Shown: positions 12,201 through 24,548, numbered from the stretch's first letter. The stretch: 64,000 nt of DNA from Lama guanicoe (GCA_013239625.1 MU054413.1:5598861-5662860); one strand, 5' to 3'. Made by a program: numbers and translations. Notes: generated by a model not told the origin, from the sequence alone.

Positions 12201-13279
12201 TCTGCTGTCTTCTGAATGCGAGAGAGATGGGACGGAAGAGTTAAGACTCTTGTTTTGACAGCACAGGGGAGAGAGAATGAATGCCTCTTCTCCTCTTCCT
12301 TCCCCGTCAGCAGTAATGACTCATTCCACCACCATTTAGCACTTACTCCACTCTGCTTGAATTACTGTTAGCTGTTAACACGTCTGACTCCCTCTGTCAT
12401 TAATTTATTCATTCAGCTGACAATTACTGAAAGGCTCCAAAGTGTCAGCAGGAGGGAGGGGGTGACAGGAGGGAGTTAACCAACAAAACTGAGCAAACGT
12501 AGCCTCTTTCCTCCCACAGCTCAGAGCCTCCTCAAGGAGACAGAGGAGTCTCCAACTTCTTGGCCCCGTTTGGCTCTGTGCCTTCAGGACCTGATAGAGG
12601 GGGTAGTACTGGAGCTGAAGGGAGCCATATAGCCGAGGGCCCCCTGGAAGGACCCGCGTGCAACTTTGCAGCCCTCCCCGCCCAGCACAGCAGCCAGGCG
12701 CTCAGGGGGTGCTGGCTGGGGCCCGTATGCAAGTCTGCATGAAGCTCTCCAATAATAAAACACAAGTTGCGTCACCTTTCCCAAGGAAGGGACTTCAGAG
12801 GGTCCTGTTTCTGGGTTCACTGTTCCCCAGATGAGATTCACCAGGGTTGCTGGATAAAAATTCAGATTCTCAGGCCTCTGCCCTGGAGGGCCTGGCCTCA
12901 CAGGGCTGGGCTGGGGCCCAGGAATCCAGATGTCACACTCGCCTCTCTGGTGTCACCTATATTGTCTAGTGAACTATACATTCGTCACTCTTTTGAATGT
13001 AAGCTGTATTTCCCCAATCGGGAGGCCCTAAAGTGATGGATGGGGAATGAGCAGGGCAGCCTCCTCCTTCCCAAAAAAGTGCTAGACCTGAGGTAGGGAG
13101 GGTCTTCTCTGTCCTCTCGGTACTTCTCTTGGTGGGGGGGTTCATGAACGTTTATGGAACTAAGAATAAAGGAGCGAGAACCCAGCATTTCTCTGAAACA
13201 TAAATTAATCCTGCTCCCAACTTTGGAACACCTCAGAGATTCTTCTGTTAGCATCTGTGTTCATTTGGAAACGTTCCGA

Positions 13280-13500
13280 GGCAGTACAGTGAGGTGGTGG
13301 AGAGTTCATTTCTGGACCTGGGCCTTCACTGCTGTTCTTCTGCCTGCTACTTGTGTGACCTTGGGCACGTCACTTGACTTCTCTGTGACTCGGTTTCCCC
13401 ATTTATGGTACACAATTCAGAGAGCTGTTCTGAGGATTAACACAGTCCATACTTGGGGAGCTGTTAAACTAGTGCATGGCACCCACCATGCTAACAAGAA
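13280..13500 (+). mobile_element. MIR SINE
   Basis: MIR core tgtgtgaccttgggcacgtcacttgacttctctgtgactcggtttccccatt...gaggattaa. Confidence 0.75.
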
Positions 13501-14227
13501 TGGTAACTATGACTATCGGTTCCGTTGCATTTGTCTTGCGGTGAGAAGGTGGGGCCAGCCTTGGGTGGGGCCGACCTCAGGGAAGGAGAAGGGATTCCTC
13601 TGGAGCAAGCTGGCCGCCCGGAATAAAAAAGGCTCACAGAGAGGCTGGGTGGGGCACCCTGAAACCCAGGAGGAAAACTCCCTGCAGAGGGCAGAGCTCT
13701 GTGCACAGCCCACGACTGGCCTTTCCTGGTTGGGGAGCTTCTATGGCTCCTGGTAACTCAGCGCTGGGTGGATTTTTGCCCTTTTTTCCCAGCTTTAGTT
13801 TCATCATAGGTAAAAAGCCAAGACCTGTGAGGTTCCTGAAAAGGCTTGTGTGCTTGCTTTTGGAGTCTGAGAGTCAGAGGGGAGAAACTCAAGATCAAGA
13901 CTGGTTTCTCAGAGGCCTCCAGAGGACAGAGGACCTTGGGTGAGTAAGCACTCTTCCCACCTGGGCTTCAGATTCCTCCCCTGAGACAGTGAAGGAACTG
14001 GACCAGGGGATATACTCAGGTGTGCTCAGAACAAGAGGGGAGTGGGTTATGTGGCTGCTGAATTGAGATCAGAGGTGACCTAGGGTATTAGGAGGCTCCC
14101 CCACAAGCCAAGGTCGTTTCCTCCGAAAAGATTCATGCCCAGAATTTTTATCCTACTTTATAAGTAAGAAAACTGAGTCAAAAAGCAACTAGACAAGAGG
14201 CAGGGAAATAGACAAAGACCACCCAAA

Positions 14228-14658
14228 TGAGTCTAAGCAAAGGCTATCTACCTGAGTTTGCTGTAGCAAGGGACTAGGCCACCATCATTTGCTTTTGGTG
14301 TGTAGAGGAGGGTAAAGTTTTATAGTGGGAGAAGGGGAAGACTTCAGGTGTGCTGACTGGAGGCTGCTGGCATGGGGAAGCGGGGGGCAGACTAACCAGA
14401 AGTGAGACATCCTGTGTGACTGGTTAGGGGAGCTTACTTGGCTTTCTCCAGTTGGTCCTAAGTTGTAAGTAGATGCAGAATTAGGGACGCTGTCAGTTAT
14501 TAAATCCTGGCGGTTTGTGTCGATTGCTACAGAGGTGGTTGTTTGGCTTCCTGCAGACAGACTGGTTGGCTCTCTCAACTGGTTGCTTCAGATTGTGGGT
14601 CAGAGTTCTATTTTTATATATGGTCTGGCCATTGTCCATTTGTATATTCAGTCTCTCA
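14228..14658 (-). mobile_element. ERV1-class solo LTR (MER90/MER110-like)
   Basis: Reverse complement starts TGAGAGACTGAATATACAAATGGACAATGGCCAGACCATATATAAAAATAGAACTCTGACCCACAA and ends ...GACTCA (TG...CA termini). Confidence 0.6.
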
Positions 14659-15429
14659 GAGGTCTCCATGGCCTTGCACTTAAGCAGCTACCTCTGCCAT
14701 GACCTGCGGCTGCTGATGCAGGCGTGCATGGCTATGCCTGCCTAACGAGGCCTCCCACGGAGGGGCTCTCCCCACAAGGAACAAGTCCAGTACAACTGCA
14801 CAGAGCTGGTGGTTCCCGGCTGGAAGCTGAGGGCCAGTGTTCCACCCCTTCTAGCATGCTGCTTCTGGCTTGGGTTCATTCTCACCACCTCCAAGAGTCT
14901 TACTGGGCCATGTGTCCATTTGCATCTGATTTACACGTGTCTGCACAGACAGGACAGCTGTTGATTTCTAGCTTGTTCTGCAGCAGCCGGATTGCATCCC
15001 TCGGCAGGCAGGGGTAGTTTTGATGCATTGTCAGAGGTTCTTCTGAGGCTTCTTGGCCACTTCCTGACCCTAGAGATTCTCTGCCCTGCAAGATGGGAGA
15101 CAAACACACACACACAGTTAGTTGGGCTGGGAGGGGCCTCAGCTCCCTCATCTGTAACATGGAGCTGACTGTGGTACCTACTGCCCATGGGTGTGGTGGA
15201 GAGGAACTGGGGACTGCAGGACAAGCCTTCAGTCCAGTGCTTGGCATGTACTTAGTTCTCAGGAAGGGGGAACTGTCATAGTTTGCTCTGCGGCTGGGGT
15301 TGCAGTAACCCCAAAGACACTGGTCCTCTCAGATGAGAGTTTCTGGTCTAAACCAGAAAGATGGAAGTGCTCCTTTAGGGAGTTCCTGAGCATGAGGACG
15401 GGCATCAGGAGCAGGCGGGCTCCTTCTCC

Positions 15430-16250
15430 TCCTCTAATTCAGTCTTTCAGTGAGTAGCTTTGAGTCTCATGCATCAGACAAGATGCTGGAGATACAGAGG
15501 TGAACTAGACAGGTTCACCTGTCCAGGAGTGGAGCTTGCAGTCCAGTGGGAGGCAGTCACTAAACACAGAGTCACATAAAAAAGAATGTAAACTGTGATG
15601 AGTGCCAGGAAGGAAAATGACTGCTCAAAGGGAATAGAAACCAATCTTGATAATTTGGGGAGCTGCAGGGACCCAGTGGGCTTCTGAAGCGACTTTTAAA
15701 CTGAGATCTGAAGGATGAAACGATGCCAGACCCACTTTGCCCCATTTTCCCTCACCTTGATTCTTTCAACCCTGGGCTATTTCTGAAGCATCTGCTCCAG
15801 GCCTTCACTATCACAGGCCTTTTGAGGGATGTGAGAAAAATAACAGTGCGAGGTTATGGTCTCCATCGTGTTTGGGTGGCAGAACACATCCTAGGGACAC
15901 TTGTGAGCACTACAAGGCACCAGACGCTGGCAATGGGGGAAAAGTGAGTCAAGGCATAAGCACTCTGGAGTCCTGAGGAGGGAAAAATGGGGTCCACAGG
16001 GGGTTGCTGGCCCTAAAGGATGAGAGGGATTTGGACAGGTTAAGAGGAGCCAGGAGGAGTGGGCTTCAAGGGGAGGGGTCACTGGAGCATTCATGGCGGT
16101 GGGGATCATAGAAGGTTAAGTTAGAAGACAACAAGCCTTGGACGTCCAGCGAAGGAGCTGCACTTTGTCTTGTAGGGGATGGAGAGCTAGTGAGGACCTC
16201 TGAGGAAGTGAGGAATAGCAGAGTGTTCTGAAGAATGGATAGGAGACTAA
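15430..16250 (-). mobile_element. L2 fragments
   Basis: tgctggagatacagaggtgaactagac...ggagcttgcagtccagtgggagg...ctgagatctgaaggatga, plus a purine-rich antisense L2 body. Confidence 0.65.
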
Positions 16251-18315
16251 GCCTGCCAGTCCTGACCCACTGGGGCTCACTCACCAGGACGACTGCTTAG
16301 ACCTGAGGTTCAACATCATTGTTGTCAAATGATCAATCTTTTGGGAGAAGAAACCAGGACGATGTTATCCCATAGTATCAGATCCTCTCCAGAAGGGACT
16401 TCAAACCGGTTTCCATAGAAAAGACATGTTTTGGGAGGTTTTAACAGGAAGGAGGGAGAAAGGTGAAGAGCTGGGGTCTGAGTCTTACAGGGTTGCTGTA
16501 GTTTGCATGGACACTTGGAGGGACTAAAAACTGAAGCTGAGGACTCCAAAGGAGGGAATGAGCTTGAGTAGAAAGAGCAATGAACTGAGGGGATGAACTT
16601 AAATTCTTGCCCAGTAATTGGCTGTGTAGTTTTGGGCAAGCAACTTCTCAGCTCATTTGCAAAACAAGGTGTGTAGCCTTAGGGCCCAGCCTAGTTCCTG
16701 GCACACAGTAGGCACTCAATAAATAGTTGTTCATTAATTATGCAATGGTTAATCATTAATTCATCCTTTCTAAGGTTCTCAAATGCTTTGAATCTCTGAT
16801 CTCACTCAGAATTTTGCCCATCCCAGTACTCTGGGCAAGGTTCCTCACTCGGTAAGGCCCTCACTCATATTTCTTGTTTTAAAATCTTAAGGCACTTGCC
16901 TCTGGGTTATTCCTGAACTAAGAACAAAAGAACAAAAGCAGTCTGGAAGAAAAATGTCTTCATGATTTGAGAAGCTACCAAGGGCCAAGCTTAATCCAAT
17001 TTTTTTCTAAACAGGTGTAGCTCATTCACCATCATAGCATTCCTAAAGAGTTGTATAAAACACGGTGTTTTCACGAATAGAATTCTACTTTCAGCATCCC
17101 CGGGGGAGTTCACTCTTTCAAGGAACTCTTAAGGGAAATCCTTTTAAATGTCACATCTCAGATGTTGGGCCACCTGCAATTTCCAGGGTGGGATGGCAAA
17201 AGGATCGTAGAAAGCTTGTCCCCCGCTCACACACATTCACGTGTTCATACTAGTGCGATTTGTATATACAGACACCCACGCTGAAGCTGAAACAGCCCCA
17301 CTCTTGCCCACAATGCCCTTGCTCTCTTGTTGTGCACTTACAGACTCACACATGCACACACGTGCTCTCAAAGGCAGCCTTGCCTGCTGCCAAAGTTGCC
17401 GCACCCGGGGGAGCAGAGCACCAGGATCTGTTTCTCCAGGGAACGGCTGTTGTTTATCCATTAGGACATAAGGTCCAGGGTCAGAGGCCGCTGGGGCCCC
17501 AGTTCACTCAGCTGCAGAGAAAGCCCTGTTTCTAGGTATCTTCCTTTGAAAACTCTCCCTCCAACTGCTGGTAGAGAACTGAATTCTGTTTTCCAAACAT
17601 ACCATAAATAATTACCCACAAGGCAAGTCCTAGTGGAGGAGTAGGTTTCTATTCATTCATACAACAGGCTGTTTTGAGTTCCTATCAGGTGGCAGGCACT
17701 CTGGCAGGGACTGGGGGGTTCAACAGCAGACAAGCTGATATTGCTTCTGTCCTGGCAAAGCTCAGGTCTTTGGGGGTGGTTAGCCTTTTTTTGCTGCTAT
17801 AACAAAATTTCCACAAACTTATGAGCTTTAAAACCACCTACATTTAGGATCTCACAGCTCTGTAGGTCTGAGGTCCACGTTGGCTCAACTGGTTTTCTCC
17901 ACTCACGGTCTCACCAGGGTAAAATCAAGGTGTCAGCCAGCTGGGCTCTGATCAGGAGGCTGTGGGAAGAATCTGTTTCCAGCTTCCTTCAGGTTGTGGC
18001 AGAATCCAGTTCCTTCCTTTTGTAGGACTGCAGTCCCTGGTACTTTGCTGGCTGTCGGCTGGGGACTGCCCTTCACTCCTAGACCCTCTCTCTGCCCCTT
18101 TGCCACTGGGCCCCTACATCTCAGCCAGCAATGGTGCATCAAATTCTTGTGCTTGGAATCTCTCTGACTTCCTCTTCTATTGCCTTCAACCTGAGAAAAC
18201 TCTGCTTTGAACTCTTGTGATTAGATTGGGCCTACCTGGATAATCTAAGCTGTGTTCCCGATTTCTATGGCTGCAACTTTCATCACATCTGCACAGTCCC
18301 TTTAACTGTGTAACA

Positions 18316-19818
18316 GGTTTCTTTTTTTTTTAATTCTTATTTTTTATTGAAGTGTAGTCGACTTACAATGTTAGCTTCAGGTGTACAGCAAAGTGATTTA
18401 GTTATACATATATACACTTATTTTTCAGATTCTTTTCCATTATAGCTCATTACAAGAAATTGAATATAGTTCCCTGTGCTTTACAGTGGGTCCTTGGTGT
18501 TTATCTACTTTATATATAGTAATATGTATCTGTTAAACCCAAACTCCTAATCTATCCTTCCCTCTTGGTAACCACAGTTTGTTTTCTATGTCCATGAGTC
18601 TATTTTTGGTTTGTAAATAAAATTTGTATCTTTTTTTTTAAGATTCCACCTATAAGTCAAATCATATGATATTTGCTTTCTCTGTTTGACTTACTTTAAN
18701 NNNNNNNNNNNNNNNNNNNNNNNNNNNNNNNNNNNNNNNNNNNNNNNNNNNNNNNNNNNNNNNNNNNNNNNNNNNNNNNNNNNNNNNNNNNNNNNNNNNN
18801 NNNNNNNNNNNNNNNNNNNNNNNNNNNNNNNNNNNNNNNNNNNNNNNNNNNNNNNNNNNNNNNNNNNNNNNNNNNNNNNNNNNNNNNNNNNNNNNNNNNN
18901 NNNNNNNNNNNNNNNTTTCGAATTAGAGTGTCCTCTAGATATATTCCCAGGAGTGGGATTGCTGGATCATATGGTAAGTCTATTTTTAGACTTCAGACTA
19001 TTTTTTTTTAAGGATCTTCCATACTGTCCTCCATAGTGGTTGCACCAATTTACATTCCCAGTATTGCAGCAAAGTGTGTTATAGCTCAGTTGTGCCAGCA
19101 ACCTGGATCTGGGCGAGAGAACAAGCAGCACTTGGAGGATTGGAGAACTCAGGTTTATTACGCTGGTGGGCCCACAGGAGTTAACACTACAAGCTCTGGA
19201 CCCCAGCTGTAGGTTTACACAGGCTTTTATAGGCTGTCAGTCTACACTTTGCAACATCATATGCAAATAAGGTGTAACAAAGTTAACTAATTAGGAACGA
19301 GCTTTGTATAAATGGACCACTCAGGAGTGATAGAAATGGACAAACTAGAAATGAGCTCCATGTAAATGAGGTGCTACAAATGGACCAATCAGGAGTTAGT
19401 TCAAGGAACCAATAGAATCTTAGGGGTAAGTTCCACTTTCCTAAAGTAAGCCGTTTCAGAGGCAAAAAGTGAGATAATGCTGCTGGACCAGGGAACCGGA
19501 TGGTGCTGGCAGGAAAGCAGTGGCCCTGCCTGGGGGTCCTGCCGGTCTTTTTCGTGGGGCTTCCCACTTCACCAACAGTGTAGGAGGGTTCCCTTTTCCC
19601 CACACCCACTCCAGCATTTATTATTTGTAGACTTTTTAATGATGGCCATTCTGACTGGTGATACCTCACTGTAGTTTTGAATTGCAGTTCTCTAATAATT
19701 AGCAATATTGAGCATTTTTTATGTGCCTATTGGCCATCTGTATGTCTTCTTTGGAGAAATGTCTATTTAGGTCTTCTGCCCATTTTTTGATTGAGTTGCT
19801 TCTGTTTTTGGTATTAAG
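18316..19818 (-). mobile_element. 5'-truncated L1 (artiodactyl/camelid type), itself split by an ERV LTR
   Basis: Poly-T tail at ~18318-18331, then L1 3'UTR and ORF2 end (gctggatcatatggtaag, ttggagaaatgtctatttaggtcttctgcccattttt). Approximate TSD ctgtgtaaca 18306-18315 / ctgtataaca 19819-19828. Confidence 0.85.
19062..19571 (-). mobile_element. ERV1-like solo LTR inserted in L1
   Basis: Interrupts the L1 motif tacattccc(a)ccaacagtg. The minus strand starts TGAAGTGGG and has TATAAAA (19225-19231) and AATAAA (19154-19159) in U3-R-U5 order. Flanks ccag/ccaa are a near-match 4-bp TSD. Confidence 0.8.
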
Positions 19819-20789
19819 CTGTATAACATAACATTTCATATTCAGAGGTTTTGGGGGCTAAGGCATAGACATATTTGTAGGGGTGCATTCTGTATACCAA
19901 GGGGATAGAGAGAAGTAAACTGACAATTTTAAGAACACACATTGATAAGTGTTAATAAAGGGGAGGTAAAAAGTTGCAAAGACTGGAAGGAGCAGAGACA
20001 TCTAGCCCTTTCGAGAGGAGGTCAGGAAGGCATGTCCGGCTTCCTAAAGCAGGTAACATCTAAGTTGAACTGTGAAGAACGGGCTCTGAATCAAAGGATT
20101 AATGCTCTTGCTCCCCGCAGGACTGTGCTTGCAGGAACTGGGAGGGGGCCATGCCCTCCGTCAGGGCTACACTAGCTGGGGAATGGATTTCTGAGCAAAG
20201 GCATCGTTAGAGGGTCTGGTGGCCCAAGCTTGCATGCAGGGCAAGGCAGGAGAGGGTGGGGGTCCTGGTGCTTGGCCCCCCAGGGGTGGCAGCTCCGCAT
20301 AGAGCTCCCAGCCTGCCATCCACGTGCTGGAGCATGTGAGACAGTTTGAGAACCTCTCTCGCTTTGCTTCTGATGCTGCTCCTTTTTCAGGTGTGCTCCT
20401 TCTCCCTCTTTCCACTTTTAGCAGATTTTTTTTTGAAGCAGGCTTCAATGCAAAACCTAGTTCACTCATTCAATCGTTATGTTCACATGTTAATCGAAAA
20501 AATATCTGTTGAGCACCTACCACACGCCAGGCACTGTGGGAAGGGGATACAGCAGAGAACAACACAGAAGGGGCTCCTGCCCTCACCTGCCATCTGAATA
20601 CAAGTGAAAGAGAAGCCTTTCAGCTGGAACCCACAACCATTCTTTCAGGAGCCTGGAAACATCTGCCCCAAACCTGTTGCTGCATGTTACAGGGAGGCTT
20701 CCCTCTCGGACGGATGAGGGCGTGGAAGCCAAAAGAACAGTGACACCTGCCATTGGTTGAGCACTAACTCCTTTGACAGTATTCTTGAT

Positions 20790-21125
20790 ATCTCTATTTT
20801 ACAAATGAGGAAACTGAGGCATAGAGAGGTTTACCCAATGTTACCCAGCTAACCAGGTGCAAAGACATTTTTAAATCAGGCATTCGGACTCCAGAAGTTG
20901 CCTGCTCATCAAATTACAAGGTTTATATGCCTGCCAGATACCAGGACTTTGTATAAATCCTATCACTGAATTCTCCTAGTAACCCTACCAAAGGATGATG
21001 TTTCTTCCCCATGCTGAGATGCAGAAACTGAGGCTCAGAAAAGTTAAGTAACTGGTGCAGGGATACCTGTGAGTGAGTGTCAGTGGAGCTGAGCTCATGC
21101 CTGTTCTGCTCCAAAGTGATTACTT
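20790..21125 (-). mobile_element. Two MIR SINE fragments
   Basis: attttacaaatgaggaaactgaggcatagagaggt and gatgcagaaactgaggctcagaaaagttaagtaact. Confidence 0.75.
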
Positions 21126-21492
21126 TAAAAAGGAGGGAGTGTAGGGGGAGAGGAGCCAGTGCGGGGAGAGAGGTGAGAGACAAGAAGGTGTTCTCAGGGT
21201 TCTCAGGGTGAAGCAGAGCAGGGTGGATGCTGGAGGAAGTGTGAAGGAAAGGCTGTGGGGTGGCATCAGGAGGTTAATGGGGGGTACAGTATTCTATGGA
21301 GAGTTGTGCTCAGAAGCCAGATTGTAAAGCCCCAACCAAGGGATAAGTGGTCCATGAGTAGGTGGAAGTTCCAGTATCAGGCAATGGTTCCTTCCTGAGG
21401 ACACCAGAGAGGGAAAGGGGGCATTTGAAAATGGGGGCACCCAGAACTGTTTGTTGACAAAGGGGAGGGAGGCCACGGCAGAGAGGGAGACC

Positions 21493-21516
21493 TGTGTATG
21501 TGTGTGTGTGTGTGTG
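21493..21516. repeat. (TG)n microsatellite
   Basis: tgtgtatgtgtgtgtgtgtgtgtg seen directly. Confidence 0.9.
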
Positions 21517-21721
21517 AATGTTTGAGTGCAAGGAGAGGGTGCAAAGACTGTATCCAGACCTTGGAGGGCTGTTTTTAAAAAGAAGAGAGAGGCCTTCTTT
21601 TTCTAACATCCGAGGAGGAAAGGTACATAAATCTATGGAGAAATTCTTAGGCAGTAGAAGAGCGTGGTGACAGGATGACTTGTAAAATGGGGACACCCAT
21701 CTTTGTCCATGGTAACAAGAC

Positions 21722-22177
21722 TGAATTCGTCCTGGGGCTGCCATAAAAAATTACCACAAACTGGGGGGCTTAAAACAACAGAAACTTACTAGCTCATAGT
21801 TCTGGAGGTCAGAGGTCAGAGATCGAGGCATTAGCAGGATTGGTTCCTTCTGGGAGGCTCTGAAGGAGAGTCTGTTCCAGGCCTCTTTCCCTAGCTTCTG
21901 GGAGTTGCTGGCAATCGTTGGCATTTCTTGGCTTGTGGATGTATCATTCCAACCTCTGCCTGTCTTCACATGGTATTCTCTGAGTGTGTGCCTGTGTCCA
22001 AATTTCCCTCTCCTATAAGAACACCAGACATTGGATTAGGGCCCATGTAATCCAGTACCATTTTGTTTTAATTTGATTACACCTGCAAAGACCTTATTTC
22101 CAAATCAGGTCAGGTTCACAGGTGCTGGGAGTCAGGGATTGAACACCTTTTACGGGGATACAATTCAACGTAGAACA
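21722..22177 (-). mobile_element. MaLR solo LTR (MLT1B/C-like), near full length
   Basis: gggctgccataaaaaattaccacaaactggggggcttaaaacaacagaaa...ggggatacaattcaacgtagaaca, ~456 bp. Confidence 0.85.
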
Positions 22178-24548
22178 GGGCACGAAGGAGACAGTATGTG
22201 GGAAGGTGCTCTGAAGGATATAAAAGGCTACAGAAATACAAGTTCATATCAAGTTCATTGGCCAAAGGACCCCCTAAGGTTGAATATGTTTATAAAGTAA
22301 ACGATTTCCTCCAGAATTTGTTTTGCATAAACCCCCAGTTTCCAAAAAATGGTTTGCTGAAAGTAGTTATCTCTCACTCTACAGCTCCTGGGAGAAAGCA
22401 CTCTTAGCAAGTGGACCTCCTCACTGCTTCCCAGGAAGGCTTCCTGGGGCAAAACACCCACCCTCCCCACCATCCTTTTGAGGGGTCACTAGGAGATGGT
22501 GCTTCTTCCTCCTGCCCTCTCCTGTCTCAGTCACCCTTTGGACCTGGGACTTAACAGTTGGTTCCAACCATAAACCAAATTAGTCTCCAACTTCTCCTCT
22601 TCCACTCCACCTTCCTCCCACCCCTAAATTTCTAATTAATCCGGCTAGGAACAGAAGTCCAGGTGTGTCCTGAAGACTGTATACCTTCACAGATGATTCA
22701 GGATGTAGGGGAACTGGTGGCCAGAAGGGGGAACCATCTCTCAGGGGCAGGAGTGGGAGGGACAGCGAAGGAGCCTGTCTGACCCCTGGCACTGTGCAAT
22801 AGCCAGCCTTCCCCTCCCCTGGAAACTTGCTCAGCCATAGAAGCCCAGACTACCCAGGTAGGGAGCTCGTTTCACCATTTTGGAGTCCATTTCGGGTCAT
22901 GGAGGCCTTAAAGAATTTGATTAAAGCTATGGACTTCCATCCCAGAAAAATACACACGTCTACAAAAAAAGTTCAGATAATTTCAAAAGCTTCACTAATA
23001 CCCTCAGACTTATTCATAACTCCTGATGGAATATACTCTCCCCATCCCATTTTCCTGGGGAGAAAACTGGGAACAGCCAGGGTAATTTTGATTTGCTCCC
23101 ACATCGTGCAAGCTATTTAAAGGGAAGTCCAAAACTTAAGTGCAAACTCTGATACTCTTGTTCTAACCATGATACAGAGTTTGTTTCTACTAAATAAAAG
23201 TGACTCCTCCTCTTAAAGAAGCAGAATCTTGAAGAAAACCGGTTTTGGGTGGAGGAGTGGAAGTGATAAGTGATGGGGGTGGGAGTGACAGAGTCAGCAG
23301 AAACAGCACCTGTGGCCCTCAGTGTTTGTAAATGAGCTTCACTCAACTGAGCGCAGACATTTGCAGTGGCCTGGAATTGTTACTCTACACTACCCAGGTG
23401 GGGATACTGAGAACAATTAATTGGGATGCCAGTTTTTACAGATCTCCTCCTGCAGTCAGGAGGCAAGTGGTCTGGGTCCACAGAGGGCTGTAGTGGGAGG
23501 CAGTTGACATTCTTGAACTCAGAGACCAACTGTAGACCTCACTGGGGGTATGAGGGGGCGAGGTTTCTGTAGTCCATTGATTTACCTTCTCCAGAGACTA
23601 GCTAGAATCTGGGGTGACATCTAGAAAACAGAGCACTTCTCTTGCCAAAAAGATGAACTGGCTCCACTGCAGACCCCACCACTCTCCTCCTCCTCCAGCA
23701 ACACATCCCCTCGCCCTCTCCCCAACATCCAAACCTCTTTAGACACTGGGGACCAATCCACCTAAAACGGGGTTGAGGGGAAAGGCTCTCATTAACTGAG
23801 TCTCAGGAGATTATACTAGGACATTTTCTATGTAAGAGCTCCTTGGAGCGGGGAAATCTCACACTTTTGGGGAAGTCTTAATTTGGAGATGTCCAAGTTT
23901 AGGGGATGTCCCCTCAATTGTTTCCAGGCTTGATTTTGAAGTTCTCAGGTTAGAAGACCCTGGATGGGCGGCAAGGTTTTGTTTGAGGGGGTTTCATGGC
24001 TTGGGGCCTGGCTGTGTGCCCGGTCGAGGGGTCTGGAGGTGCGGGCTGCTTCCCGCGGGGCCCCTGACTCCACATCCCCCATAGCTGGCTGCGCCTGGGC
24101 CTCGGGGACCGGGATAATGAGCGCGCGCTGCGTCCCCGCCTCCCAGGCGGGCCCGGGGCGGGGAGGCAGGGACCCCTCCCATCGCCCATCCCCTCGGGGC
24201 CGGCCGCCCGGGCGCTCGGAGGGCCGGCAGGGGGGAGGGGAGGGGAAGGGAAGGGAAAGGAGAGGAAGGCGGAGGGACAGACCGGCGGCGGCGGGGCGCG
24301 GGCATGGCGGAGCGAGTGGCGGCCACGGGGCCCCGGTGAGCCGGGCCGGGGCGCAGGGACCGGGCCGAGGCGGCCCCCGAGCCGTCGAAGAGCCTGGCGA
24401 ACACGGCCGGGCCACTTTCCTCTCAGAGTTGTGATCGTGTTCGGGGGGCGGCGCCGGGGCCGGCGAGGGAGCGGCGCGCGCCGAGGGGGAGGGGGAGTAT
24501 GCCCGGCTGGAGCCGGGCCTCGGGGCGCGCCCCGGCCGCCGTCCCCAC

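Larger units (their letters stand above)
17776..19899 (-). mobile_element. MaLR LTR (MLT1E-like), split by an L1 insertion (parts ~17776-18315 and ~19819-19899)
   Basis: ttgctgctataacaaaatttccacaaactt...aaatcaaggtgtcagc...attagattgggcctacctggataatc...; resumes after the L1 and ends attctgtatacca. Confidence 0.75.

Noticed and set aside
13154-13756. 200-aa + strand ORF
   Set aside because: Largely overlaps a MIR (TCVTLGTSLDFSVTRFPHL is a MIR-core translation), with no recognisable domain.
1-23900. 3' exons of the upstream neighbour gene (POLR3A in human synteny)
   Set aside because: No ORF or exon with recognisable RNA polymerase III subunit similarity was seen in the window.
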